The translations under genes and the position numbers were made by a program. Shown here in pieces: positions 51,413 to 60,638 of a stretch of DNA of 64,000 bases (positions are counted from its first letter, which is position 1; each line of letters starts with the position of its first letter). The stretch comes from an uncultured Clostridia bacterium (GTDB taxonomy: Bacteria; Bacillota; Clostridia; UMGS1883; UMGS1540), in contig CALCLY010000036.1 in assembly GCA_937966555.1 (NCBI GenBank), positions 122,116-186,115 of the forward strand, written 5' to 3'. Under the pieces are notes generated by a model. The model was not told where the DNA came from, searched no databases, and saw only the letters and a program-made list of their open reading frames with translations.

Positions 51413-52915
51413 ATGAAAAAGATTTTATTGGCAGTATTTACGGCGGTGATTTGCATAACAACATCGGTAACGCCGATATGCGCAGCCAAAAATGAGGGCG
51501 TGAATGTACACGCCGTACATTATTATCAGAATGAAAAAGAAATCACAAAGCTGACGGAAAGCGGAGAAATTAACTGCAAGGTGGAATTTACTCCCGGCAG
51601 AGAATGGAGGGACAATTCCTTATGTATTATTCACGCTGCATATCGCGGAAATGTTTTGTCGGATGTATCGTTTGATAAGCTGACGGCTTTTTCACCCGAT
51701 TACGGCGCGGTAGACTATTATCGGACCGCGACGTCGGGACTGCCCGTGTCCGACGAGACAACTGAAGTGGCATCTTTTGTGTGGAGCGCAGACTATAAAC
51801 CGTTTGTAAAGGCAAAAACAATAAAAAAAGCTGCTTCAAACGATACAAGGATTTATTCGGCAGTCGTAACAATAGGAGAAAAAACTTACGAAGCGGATAT
51901 TGACAACACAAATAAAACGGTTACATTCAATGTTGACAGAATAATATATGAATCAAGCAAAAGCGTTGTATACGAAGTAAGTGATGAAATCTATAACAGT
52001 AATATAACTGCCCTTGCGCCATCCTTTGTATTGGGAGAGGGCGCCGATATTGCCGACAGGGAAGTGCCGCGAGATTTTACGGCGCCGCAGACATATACCG
52101 TTACGGCCGAGGACGGCAGCTCCGAAGAATATTTAGTTCTGATTGAGACCGTAGGAGTATATTACGATTATTGTTTTGACGCAAAAGAGGGCGATCCAAA
52201 CACTGAAATAGGCATAAGAAGAGGTGTTCCCGGCAGTGCTTTTTCGGTAAGCGGAGCAGATGTGACAAAGCTTGCCGATGATCCCGATACCGCAAATCAC
52301 AGCGGCGAAAAGGCTTACAGAATAAGCAAAACGGGAAATGAAAGCTGCAATATTGCATACAGCGGCAATCCGAACCTTCCGAAATGGAGCCCTCTTAAAG
52401 TGATTTGCGACTATGATGTGTATTTTAACTCCATTGACGCGGCACAGTTTTTTGTAGCCTTCCCCGTCGATGCGACAAGAAACGTTAAACCGACCTTTTA
52501 TTTTGCGAAAAGCAATACGGAAGGCTATGTTGACATTATTCCCACAAGACATTCAAGAACAAATCTTCCGAATGCGGGCACGGCAAGAAACTGGGTAACG
52601 GTTTGCAAAATTCCTTTGAATACATGGACAAATATCAGAATGATTTTTACAAATACGCAGGACGGCACATATACGGACGCAAGCGGAGAAACCAAACCGA
52701 TTTACAAAAAAGGTTATTCGCTTTATATTAACAACGAGCATGTGTACAGCGGAATGCTTGATATTGATCCCGACATGACAAATTTTGATTCATGGCAGAA
52801 TGATGCGATAAGACAGCTTGGTTTTTCTTTAAACAGCAATTTTATGGGCTCGGGCTCGGCAAGCGCAAAATTTGACATTTACTTTAAAAACATGTCATTA
52901 CTGTTTACAAAATAA
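51413..52915 (+). CDS. secreted protein with C-terminal ConA/LamG-like domain, unknown function
   Basis: Signal peptide MKKILLAVFTAVICITTSVTPICA. The C-terminal about 180 aa resemble the C-terminus of the next gene (W..i.m.f......YiN.e.vy). Confidence 0.5.
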   Translation: MKKILLAVFTAVICITTSVTPICAAKNEGVNVHAVHYYQNEKEITKLTESGEINCKVEFTPGREWRDNSLCIIHAAYRGNVLSDVSFDKLTAFSPDYGAVDYYRTATSGLPVSDETTEVASFVWSADYKPFVKAKTIKKAASNDTRIYSAVVTIGEKTYEADIDNTNKTVTFNVDRIIYESSKSVVYEVSDEIYNSNITALAPSFVLGEGADIADREVPRDFTAPQTYTVTAEDGSSEEYLVLIETVGVYYDYCFDAKEGDPNTEIGIRRGVPGSAFSVSGADVTKLADDPDTANHSGEKAYRISKTGNESCNIAYSGNPNLPKWSPLKVICDYDVYFNSIDAAQFFVAFPVDATRNVKPTFYFAKSNTEGYVDIIPTRHSRTNLPNAGTARNWVTVCKIPLNTWTNIRMIFTNTQDGTYTDASGETKPIYKKGYSLYINNEHVYSGMLDIDPDMTNFDSWQNDAIRQLGFSLNSNFMGSGSASAKFDIYFKNMSLLFTK

Positions 52916-52930
52916 AAAGGGGGCATACCG

Positions 52931-55267
52931 ATGACCGGATTTTTAAAAAAATTATTGGTAATTTTATTATCGGCAGCATTATTTATTCCATTCGGAAGCG
53001 GAAACAAAGCATTTGCGGAGGATGACGTTTCCGTGTATATCGATTATGTAAAGCTTGAAACGGACCAGCCGGCGATTATACTTAATTCCCGGACGATGGT
53101 GCCTCTCCGCGGGATTTTTGAGGCAATTAAGGCAAAGGTTACGTGGGATGACGAAACAAGAACGGTAACGGCTGTACGACGTGATACAACGGTAAAGCTT
53201 GAAATAGGCAAGAATATCGCTTTTATAAACGATAATGAATGCGTACTTGATGCTGTGCCCGTTATCCAAAACGGCAGAACACTTGTTCCGCTTCGTTTTA
53301 TAAGCGAGGCATTCGGCTTTGATGTTGGCTGGGACGCGGAAAGCAAAAAAGCAACGGTATATTATAAGACCACAAAGGAAATTCAGGAGGCTCTGAATGA
53401 ATATACGGAGTATATGCACAGCTTTAAAAGACTGCAATGGCTTGCGTCGCTGTACGATACGGAATCGGGCGGGTTTTATTATGCGGTAAGCTCAAGAGAC
53501 AACTATCCTTTTCTGCCCGATTTGGAAAGCACTTATCAGGCCTGCAGTCTGCTTGTAAACATGGGAGTCTTTAAAGATTTTGAGGATATGAAGGCAAGGC
53601 TGCCCAAGGAATTTTCCGAAAAAATGGTAAATTTTGCACGTGAAATGCAAAGTGAGGATGACGGATACTTTTATCATCCGCAATGGGGTAAGGATATTTC
53701 CGTTTCCAGACAGGGGCGTGATTTGGGACACGCAAAGAATATAATAAAAAAATTCGGTAACGGTGAGTTCAAATATCCTCTTCCCGAAGAAAGAAAAAAC
53801 CCTCAGGAAGCAAATAAAGCCGCGGCAGATAATTTAAAGTCCGGCGCCGAAGAATTTCTCAAAAGCGAAGAAAACTTTAAAGATTGGCTTCAAAATACAC
53901 TTTTGTGGGATACGGCACAGCATTGCTATGAGTCGTCAAATACGCTTGCGGCAACATATCAAAATATAAAAGCCGCAGGCTACTCTGACATAGCAATTGA
54001 TTTTTTAAAGTCAATTCAGAATCAGCAAACAGGTCTTTGGGGATCGGAAACGGGCAAGGATCTCACGACAATTAACAGTGACGCGGCAATGAAGGCTTGT
54101 CTTTGTTTTTATTATGCAAAGGTGCCTGTTCCGTTTTTTGAGAAAATATTTGACAGTGTGATGTATATTATCGAAAACTGCTCGCCGCGTTCAACGTCAA
54201 GCATGTATAATACATGGACGACGCTGACTGTCGCAAGAATGTCTTTGAGCTCTGACAGTGACGACTATTTGAAAAATGAAACATTTAAAAGTGTTTTGAA
54301 AAAGGTTCCGAAGCTGATTAGAAGCACCATGGAAAAAAACGAGGTGTTTGTCAAAGACGACGGCGGCTGCTCATACCTGCCCGACAAATCCTCTGCAGCC
54401 AGCCAGCAAGCAAGCGTTGGACTCGGTCTTGCCGAAGGGGATGTAAACGGCACAGGAACATGGTACAACGGCAGGCTGCAGGTATTTTATTTCCTAAACA
54501 TGGACGGTATTGAAATTCCGCCTGTATATACAGAGGAAGACAGGGACGCGTTTATAGAGCTTATAAAAAATGCAAAGCCTGTTCAGAAGAAAGGCGGAGT
54601 TCCTGCGGAAAAAAGCCTTACCCTGTCAAACGGCAGAACAATTGATTTTGAAGCTTATAAAATAGGCGAAGCCATTGATGACAATGCGCTCTATTCTCCG
54701 CTTGTAGCAGACAAAAGCAGTCTTGTCGAAATAAGCAAGGACCCTTATAACAAGAAAAACAAATGCCTGAAAATTTCACGGGTTCCGTCGGCAAAAACAT
54801 CAATAGAATTTAAAATCAATAATAAAAGCACCGTTAAACAGATATCCTTGGAGTACGATTTGATGATAGACGAATACAGCAATAACGGCGGAAAACCATT
54901 CTGGCTGTATCTTTCACCGTGTCAAAACTGGATTTACGATGCGAGAAATGACGGATTTACCCTCATTCAAAGAAATTGCGTTTCTCCGGAAAAGCTTACC
55001 GAAAAATTCGGCTTGATGGATTTCAGCGATTGGACACATTTTAAAATAGTCTATGAAGAGACGGATGAAACGGAAAGCGGCACGTGGGTTACATATTACA
55101 TTAACGGCAAAGAGGTGTATAAATCCGACGGTTATTTGGCGGAAAGCGACACTTCAACTACCAAACGCCTGCCGTCAAAGGTTACGCGTTTTACGGTAAC
55201 GGCGTCACCTCAATCAAAGGATGATGCGGTTCTGTACTTAGACAATATAAAGATTGAAACAAAATAG
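52931..55267 (+). CDS. secreted multidomain protein (copper-amine-oxidase-N-like stalk, alpha/alpha-toroid-like core, LamG-like C-terminus)
   Basis: Signal peptide present. RTMVPLRGIFEAIKAKVTWD...GRTLVPLRFISEAFGFDVGWD is the Cu_amine_oxidN1-like repeat. The central and C-terminal assignments are by motif only. Confidence 0.55.
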   Translation: MTGFLKKLLVILLSAALFIPFGSGNKAFAEDDVSVYIDYVKLETDQPAIILNSRTMVPLRGIFEAIKAKVTWDDETRTVTAVRRDTTVKLEIGKNIAFINDNECVLDAVPVIQNGRTLVPLRFISEAFGFDVGWDAESKKATVYYKTTKEIQEALNEYTEYMHSFKRLQWLASLYDTESGGFYYAVSSRDNYPFLPDLESTYQACSLLVNMGVFKDFEDMKARLPKEFSEKMVNFAREMQSEDDGYFYHPQWGKDISVSRQGRDLGHAKNIIKKFGNGEFKYPLPEERKNPQEANKAAADNLKSGAEEFLKSEENFKDWLQNTLLWDTAQHCYESSNTLAATYQNIKAAGYSDIAIDFLKSIQNQQTGLWGSETGKDLTTINSDAAMKACLCFYYAKVPVPFFEKIFDSVMYIIENCSPRSTSSMYNTWTTLTVARMSLSSDSDDYLKNETFKSVLKKVPKLIRSTMEKNEVFVKDDGGCSYLPDKSSAASQQASVGLGLAEGDVNGTGTWYNGRLQVFYFLNMDGIEIPPVYTEEDRDAFIELIKNAKPVQKKGGVPAEKSLTLSNGRTIDFEAYKIGEAIDDNALYSPLVADKSSLVEISKDPYNKKNKCLKISRVPSAKTSIEFKINNKSTVKQISLEYDLMIDEYSNNGGKPFWLYLSPCQNWIYDARNDGFTLIQRNCVSPEKLTEKFGLMDFSDWTHFKIVYEETDETESGTWVTYYINGKEVYKSDGYLAESDTSTTKRLPSKVTRFTVTASPQSKDDAVLYLDNIKIETK

Positions 55268-55281
55268 AAGGGATACATAAA

Positions 55282-56340
55282 ATGAACAACAAGACAGTAA
55301 ATTTTGCCTTAATCGGCACAGGAGTAATAGGAAAAAATTATTTAAGATCGGTAAAAACTATCAATAATGCGGCAATCACAGCCGTTTGCGATACAAACGA
55401 GACTGCGCTGAAGGAGGCAATTTCAGGAACGCCCGGGATGTTCGGCACAACGGATTACAGAAAACTTTTAGAAAAAAGCGATATAGACGCTGTTATAGTT
55501 GCGACAAACGACCAGTCGCACAGAATGATTACGGTGGATGCATTAAAGGCGGGAAAACATGTGTTGTGCGAAAAACCCATGGCGTTGACGGACGAGGATT
55601 GCAGAGCGATGCTCGAGGCTGAGCGTAAAACAAAGGCAAAGCTTATGATAGGTCAGGTTTGCAGGTATACGCCGTCTTTTAAAAAAGCAAAGGAACTTGT
55701 TGAAAAAGGCGAAATCGGAGATTTGTTTTTTGTTGAAAGCGAATACGCACATGACTATTCCAAAATTCCCGGAATGAAGGGATGGAGAACGGATGAGGTG
55801 AATCTGAGAAATCCCGTCACGGGCGGCGGCTGTCATGCTGTTGATTTGCTGAGGTGGATTGCGGGAAACCCGACTGAGGTTTGCGCATATGCCAACAGAA
55901 AATCATTAACAGATTGGCCTGTGGACGATTGTACTGTTGCGATTATGAAATTCCCGAATAATGTTATAGGTAAGGTATTGACATCAATCGGCTGCCAGAG
56001 AGGCTATACTATGAGAACATGTCTTTACGGTACAAAAGGAACAATAATTGTCGAAAACCAGAAACCGCAGTTTACTGTTTTCAAAACAGAGTTTTGCGGC
56101 TGTGACCATGCATTTGACAGCAGTATGAAGGCTATTGAAATGAAGATTCCCGTGCAGGTTAACAATCACAATCTTGCGGCCGAGGTGAAAGAATTTGCCG
56201 AATGTATCGCAGAGGACAGACCTGTTGTAACGGACGGTGTGGAGGGAGCTACAACTGTTGCGGTCTGCAATGCTATTGTAAATTCGGCAAACAGCGGAGA
56301 AAAAGCGGAACCTGATTACTCCTTTTTTCAAAAAAAATAA
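55282..56340 (+). CDS. Gfo/Idh/MocA-family oxidoreductase
   Basis: Rossmann N-terminus NFALIGTGVIGKNY and the EKP motif VLCEKPMALT. Confidence 0.85.
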   Translation: MNNKTVNFALIGTGVIGKNYLRSVKTINNAAITAVCDTNETALKEAISGTPGMFGTTDYRKLLEKSDIDAVIVATNDQSHRMITVDALKAGKHVLCEKPMALTDEDCRAMLEAERKTKAKLMIGQVCRYTPSFKKAKELVEKGEIGDLFFVESEYAHDYSKIPGMKGWRTDEVNLRNPVTGGGCHAVDLLRWIAGNPTEVCAYANRKSLTDWPVDDCTVAIMKFPNNVIGKVLTSIGCQRGYTMRTCLYGTKGTIIVENQKPQFTVFKTEFCGCDHAFDSSMKAIEMKIPVQVNNHNLAAEVKEFAECIAEDRPVVTDGVEGATTVAVCNAIVNSANSGEKAEPDYSFFQKK

Positions 56341-56355
56341 TAATAATTAAAAAAA

Positions 56356-56398
56356 CAGCGGGTTTGTATCAATTTTTTTATTTGATACAAACCCGCTG
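56356..56398. other. perfect 17-bp intercistronic hairpin
   Basis: CAGCGGGTTTGTATCAA (56356-56372) pairs with TTGATACAAACCCGCTG (56382-56398). No U-tract follows on the plus strand. Confidence 0.6.
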
Positions 56399-56412
56399 TG
56401 AGGACTGAGTAA

Positions 56413-58755
56413 ATGTTTGATATTGTCTTTAAACAAATGACAAATGAATATGAGCCATGCTATACATGGCTTTGGAATACAAAAATCACTCGATACGGAA
56501 TAAAAAAAAGAATTGATGAAATGCATGAAACAGGCATAAAATCATTTTACGTGTTGGGGGAACCGAAAAATTTCCGACCGCAAAAAAGAAAAACCTTCCT
56601 TGAGCCGGACTATTTGTCGGATGAATACATAGAATTGCTGCGCTATGCCATCGGGTATGCGAAGAAAAAAGGTATGCGCTGCTGGCTTTACAACGAAGGA
56701 GGATTCCCTTCGGGCATGGCGGCGGGGAAAATAGTCTCAACAGATCCAAGCCTGCGGAAAAAGGGGATTTCGGTACGGGAAACAAATGTAAGCAAGGGCG
56801 AAAAATACAAACCGCATGAAAGGCTTATCAGCGCTTTTTTTGAAAATTCAAGGATAAAGGAAGATTTTGTTTTTCCGCGCGACGGAGCCGTTTGTGAATA
56901 TACAGCCTGCGAAAAGCGAGAAATATCGGCATGGTGCGATGAGAAGCAGGCAGATATTGCAGATGAGAAAACAACCGCGCTGTTTTTGAAGGTCACGCAC
57001 GAAAGGCTTTTAAAGGGCTTGGGCGATGAGAATATGCGCCGCTGCCTTTATCTGTTTGACGATGAATCAAACATGGGCGGCTGGTCGGAGGGCTTTGAAG
57101 TCTTGTTTATGAACAAATACGGATATGACATTGCCGGTTTCATGCCATATATATGCGGAAAAAAGAAAAAAGGAAACGAAAATGATAAAAAGGCAAAAGC
57201 GGATTACGAAATGCTTTGCGGAGAGCTGCAAAACGTCAATTATTTCCTCAAAATGAAGCGGTGGCTCAATAAACACGGCATGAAAAGCGTCGGACACCTT
57301 GATAAGGATAACGAAACAGACGGCTTTATGCAGCTGCATTACGGCAATTCTCTTAAAATACTGAGAAGCTTTGATGTGCCCGGAATAGATGTTATATGGG
57401 GGCAGATAACATATCCGAAGGATGAAAAATGCTGCTTTGAAGGGTATGAATTCTTTCCGCTTATTGCGTCCTCGGCATCAAGGCAAAACGGAAGCAATGA
57501 AGCGCTGTCTGAAACCTTTGCGGTATACGGCTCGCAGCTTAATGCCGAGGAAATGCGCTTTGTTATTAATTATCAGGCGGTAAGAGGAATCAATATTTTT
57601 AATTTTATGACCATGTCATACGAAAAGAAGGGCATTTTGCCGTTTCAGTACAGACCGAGCTTTATCCCCGAAAACCCGGGCTGCGAATGCCTTTCGGAAA
57701 TAAACGGGTATACCGCAAGACTTTCATATCTCATGAGAAGCGGAAATGCCGTAATCGATACGGCGCTTTACTATCCCTTCAGAACAATATGCGCAGGGGG
57801 AGAAGAAGCCGAAAAAGCAAAAGAAAGCTTTGAAAAAAAGGGGCTTATGCTGGAAAGAGCGGGGATATGCTTTGACCTGGTCGACGAGGAATATCTTAAA
57901 AGCCCTAAAAAGCCCGTAGAATACAAAAATATATATGTTCCGTTTGCTCCGCTTGAAACAGATGAAACGAAGGCCTTGCTTTCAAAGTATAAGGCGTGTG
58001 CCGAGCCGCTGATAAAGTGCGAAAACTTCGTCAGATGCAGAGCGGTGGAAAACGGAGGCGAGAGACTTTATTTTGTCACAAACGAGAGCGGCGTGAGAAA
58101 GAAAACGGAAATTGTACTGCCCGAGAACAGAAACGTATACGAGATTAATTTGCGTGACGGCAAAATTTACGGCGTGAAGTGCAAAGCTGCGGATAACGGT
58201 GTAAAAATTACGATTGATGCTTACAGGGGAGAGGGAAAGATGTTTCTTTGTACCGACAGAAGCATAGATGCGGTGAATGTAAAAACAGAAGAACCCGTAA
58301 CCCTTATTTGCGGCAGCGCCCATATTTTAAGAAGATACACGGTTGAAAACGGAGCCGTAAACAAAAAAGTAAACGAAAAAACGGTATTGGGCTATGCTCC
58401 GAAGGATTTTTCGGGAGAAATAAAATATTCGCTTAAACTGCCCGGTGAAATTGAGGAGGGAGAGTATTATATAGAGCTTGATGAGCCGAGATATTTTGTT
58501 AAAGCATATAAAAACGGCGGAAAAATCGCAGAGGTAACAATGCCTCCTTATATAATTAAAACATTCTTAAAGCCGGGAGACGAGCTTGATTTCCTTGTAT
58601 CAAATACGGCTGCAAACGCCTGTGCGGCTACGGATTTTTTTGATAATATCCCGCCCGATAAGCTTGGCAGCTACAGTGCGGATATGATAAAGCGCGAAAG
58701 AAAAGCCCTGTGCGGAGGGTTTGGCGGCAGAGTTATGCTGTACAAAATCATTTAA
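56413..58755 (+). CDS. putative glycoside hydrolase (GH106/rhamnosidase-like by N-terminal motifs)
   Basis: 780 aa with no signal peptide. PCYTWLWNTKIT...GIKSFYVLGEP...YLSDEY...GMRCWLYNEGGFPSG resembles the N-terminal TIM-barrel pattern I recall for this family. This is a weak call. Confidence 0.45.
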   Translation: MFDIVFKQMTNEYEPCYTWLWNTKITRYGIKKRIDEMHETGIKSFYVLGEPKNFRPQKRKTFLEPDYLSDEYIELLRYAIGYAKKKGMRCWLYNEGGFPSGMAAGKIVSTDPSLRKKGISVRETNVSKGEKYKPHERLISAFFENSRIKEDFVFPRDGAVCEYTACEKREISAWCDEKQADIADEKTTALFLKVTHERLLKGLGDENMRRCLYLFDDESNMGGWSEGFEVLFMNKYGYDIAGFMPYICGKKKKGNENDKKAKADYEMLCGELQNVNYFLKMKRWLNKHGMKSVGHLDKDNETDGFMQLHYGNSLKILRSFDVPGIDVIWGQITYPKDEKCCFEGYEFFPLIASSASRQNGSNEALSETFAVYGSQLNAEEMRFVINYQAVRGINIFNFMTMSYEKKGILPFQYRPSFIPENPGCECLSEINGYTARLSYLMRSGNAVIDTALYYPFRTICAGGEEAEKAKESFEKKGLMLERAGICFDLVDEEYLKSPKKPVEYKNIYVPFAPLETDETKALLSKYKACAEPLIKCENFVRCRAVENGGERLYFVTNESGVRKKTEIVLPENRNVYEINLRDGKIYGVKCKAADNGVKITIDAYRGEGKMFLCTDRSIDAVNVKTEEPVTLICGSAHILRRYTVENGAVNKKVNEKTVLGYAPKDFSGEIKYSLKLPGEIEEGEYYIELDEPRYFVKAYKNGGKIAEVTMPPYIIKTFLKPGDELDFLVSNTAANACAATDFFDNIPPDKLGSYSADMIKRERKALCGGFGGRVMLYKII

Positions 58756-58845
58756 ATACAGAAATTTCATTTTTAGCTTTAAATTAAAAGCATAAAGAGA
58801 GGGTGGTGCAAAACGAAATTGCAATCACCCTCTTTAATATATTTA

Positions 58846-58960
58846 TTATTTTTCGCTGACGATTCTTAAAGTTTCTCTTGCTATGGCAAGCTCCTCTTTT
58901 GTCAGAGAAAGAAGGAAAACGAATGGCTGCAAAAATACAGACTTGCGCATCAAGCGTATG
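58846..58960 (-). pseudogene. 3'-end remnant of an acetate-kinase paralog
   Basis: My translation is ..VFLLSLTKEELAIARETLRIVSEK*, compared with ackA ..VKVLLLPTNEELAIARETLRIVNK*. The core attcttaaagtttcNcttgctatggcaagctc is nearly identical to 7994-8025. Similarity decays with indels further 5'. Confidence 0.5.
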
Positions 58961-59002
58961 CCCCCTCGGGCAGGGGCGGGCAAACGAGATGTTCAAAACT
59001 GT

Positions 59003-59176
59003 ATATCTGTAATCCTGAAATCAGTACACTCCGACAGAATAAAGGAAAATATTGATATTTTCGATTTTGTTCTTACAGATGAAGAAATGAGCGCACTTTT
59101 GGCGCTTGATACCGCAAAACCGATGATTGGAAAAGCCGAAAACTCCGAAACAACTGAATTTGCAATGACATGGTAA
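59003..59176 (+). pseudogene. 3'-end remnant of an aldo/keto reductase
   Basis: ISVILKSVHSDRIKENIDIFDFVLTDEEMSALLALD matches the conserved AKR C-terminus (..IPKS....RI.EN..IFDF.L..E.M..I..LD). About 230 N-terminal residues are missing. Confidence 0.55.
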
Positions 59177-59359
59177 AATCTTTCTTTACTCTAAAACAAC
59201 TTGCCGATTGATAGCTTATCGTTTTTCGGCAGGTTACACGAGTTTTCTGTTCCAGGCGAAAAAGAAGTATGTTTGAATATTGTTATTGACTTAAAGATTC
59301 CCGGGTATGCCCCAAGTATGCTTTACAGTTCAAGCAAGACTTGAAAAACAGAGAAAAGG

Positions 59360-59408
59360 AAGATAAAAAGAAAAATACGAACAATCATAAAAATGAAAGT
59401 TCGTATTT
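59360..59408 (-). terminator. rho-independent terminator of the tRNA-Ser pair
   Basis: AAATACGAAC (59373-59382) pairs with GTTCGTATTT (59399-59408). A T-rich run follows on the minus strand. Confidence 0.65.
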
Positions 59409-59411
59409 AGA

Positions 59412-59503
59412 TGGCGGAGAAGGAGAGATTCGAACTCTCGCACCGGTTTCCCAGCCTACTCCCTTAGCAGGGGAGCCCCTTCGACCTACTTGGGTACTTC
59501 TCC
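59412..59503 (-). tRNA. tRNA-Ser (anticodon GCU), CCA encoded
   Basis: Reverse complement reads GGAGAAG...CTCCC-CTGCTAA-GGGAG...long variable arm...GAGAGTTCGAATCTCTC-CTTCTCC-G-CCA. Confidence 0.9.
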
Positions 59504-59532
59504 GTATGTGTTAAGTTTTAAAAGAGAATGTT

Positions 59533-59619
59533 TGGCGGAGAAGGTGGGATTCGAACCCACGGCTCTTTCGAGTCACTGGTTTTCAAGACCAGCTCCTTAA
59601 ACCGCTCGGACACCTCTCC
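59533..59619 (-). tRNA. tRNA-Ser (anticodon UGA), CCA encoded
   Basis: Reverse complement reads GGAGAGG...CTGGT-CTTGAAA-ACCAG...variable arm...GTGGGTTCGAATCCCAC-CTTCTCC-G-CCA. Confidence 0.9.
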
Positions 59620-59643
59620 GCGTTGAGTTTAACAGCATATATT

Positions 59644-59672
59644 ATTATAACAAAACGAAAACAGTTTGTCAA
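59644..59672 (-). promoter_or_regulatory. consensus sigma-A promoter for the tRNA-Ser pair
   Basis: Minus strand reads TTGACA (59672-59667), a 17-nt spacer, then TATAAT (59649-59644). Confidence 0.6.
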
Positions 59673-59768
59673 GAGTTTTTTAGAAAAAAATGCATTTTTC
59701 AAAAAAATAATATAAAAGAGTGTCATATACGCTTTACTTGCATATAATAAAAAAGGCGGTGATTAAAC

Positions 59769-60446
59769 ATGCGCAGGTACATACACAGACGGCGCAGATT
59801 GCGCACGGCGTTAATTTGCGCCGTGCTGTGCGTTTCGGTATTTGGGGTTTTGACGCTTTTTGAATTTCGTGTGAGACCCATAATAACTGAGGTAGCAGTT
59901 TCGCGTGCCAAAAATACGGCGGTGCGCGTTATATCGGACGTTGTTAACGATACAATGAGCAAGATTTCCGTAAATTATACCGACCTTGTACAATTCCAAA
60001 AAAACGGCTCGGAAAACATAACGGCGGTTACGGCAAATATTGTTGAAATCAACAAGCTTAAATCAACTTTGACATCTAAAATCGAGGAAAAAATATCCGA
60101 TATCGATTCCATGACGGCGAGAATTCCGCTCGGAAATCTTTTGGGGCAAAGCGCTCTTACAGGATTGGGGCCGAAAATAAAAATTAAGATGATTCCGGTC
60201 GGATATGCCGTGGTTAACATTCAAAATGAGTTCACGGAGGCAGGAATTAATCAGACAAAACATAAAATTTTTCTGAAAGCCGGCTGTACAATATCTGTGC
60301 TGCTTCCGATTTCGTCTTGTTCGGCATTTGTTGAAACCGAAATTCCGATTGCCGAAACAATAATTGTGGGAGCGGTTCCGGATACGTATACGCATGTTAC
60401 GGGGCAGGAGGATCCAAATGATTCCGTACTTAATATGCTGCCTTAA
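59769..60446 (+). CDS. yunB: sporulation protein YunB
   Basis: N-terminal TM followed by the YunB pattern (RPIITEVAVSRAKNTAVRVISDVVN...RIPLGNLLG...GPKIKIKMIPVG). Confidence 0.8.
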   Translation: MRRYIHRRRRLRTALICAVLCVSVFGVLTLFEFRVRPIITEVAVSRAKNTAVRVISDVVNDTMSKISVNYTDLVQFQKNGSENITAVTANIVEINKLKSTLTSKIEEKISDIDSMTARIPLGNLLGQSALTGLGPKIKIKMIPVGYAVVNIQNEFTEAGINQTKHKIFLKAGCTISVLLPISSCSAFVETEIPIAETIIVGAVPDTYTHVTGQEDPNDSVLNMLP

Positions 60447-60638
60447 TTAAAGACCCGCTAAAATGAACGCTGCAACAAGAGGATGGCTGACCGTCTTTGA
60501 TACGGACGTGGATAGTCCAAGAAAGGAGTCGTCAGACCAATTACTCCTCTTATTGTAGCTTAGGCAAGAGACGGAGTAAAGCATATCCGGCTGATATGCT
60601 TTACCCACAAATATATTGTAACAGAAAAGGAGATATTT

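Noticed and set aside
56356-56398. 17-bp perfect hairpin as the terminator of the oxidoreductase gene
   Set aside because: No U-tract follows it on the plus strand; the T-run lies on the wrong side. The next gene starts 14 nt later. It is more likely an intercistronic stabilizer or processing element, and is listed only as a structural feature.
60447-60638. Leader of the cell-wall peptidase gene as a c-di-AMP (ydaO-type) or c-di-GMP riboswitch
   Set aside because: The conserved ydaO blocks I recall (GGGGACCCA-type and ACGGGG/CCGA elements) and GEMM-type motifs are absent. It is kept only as an unclassified structured leader.
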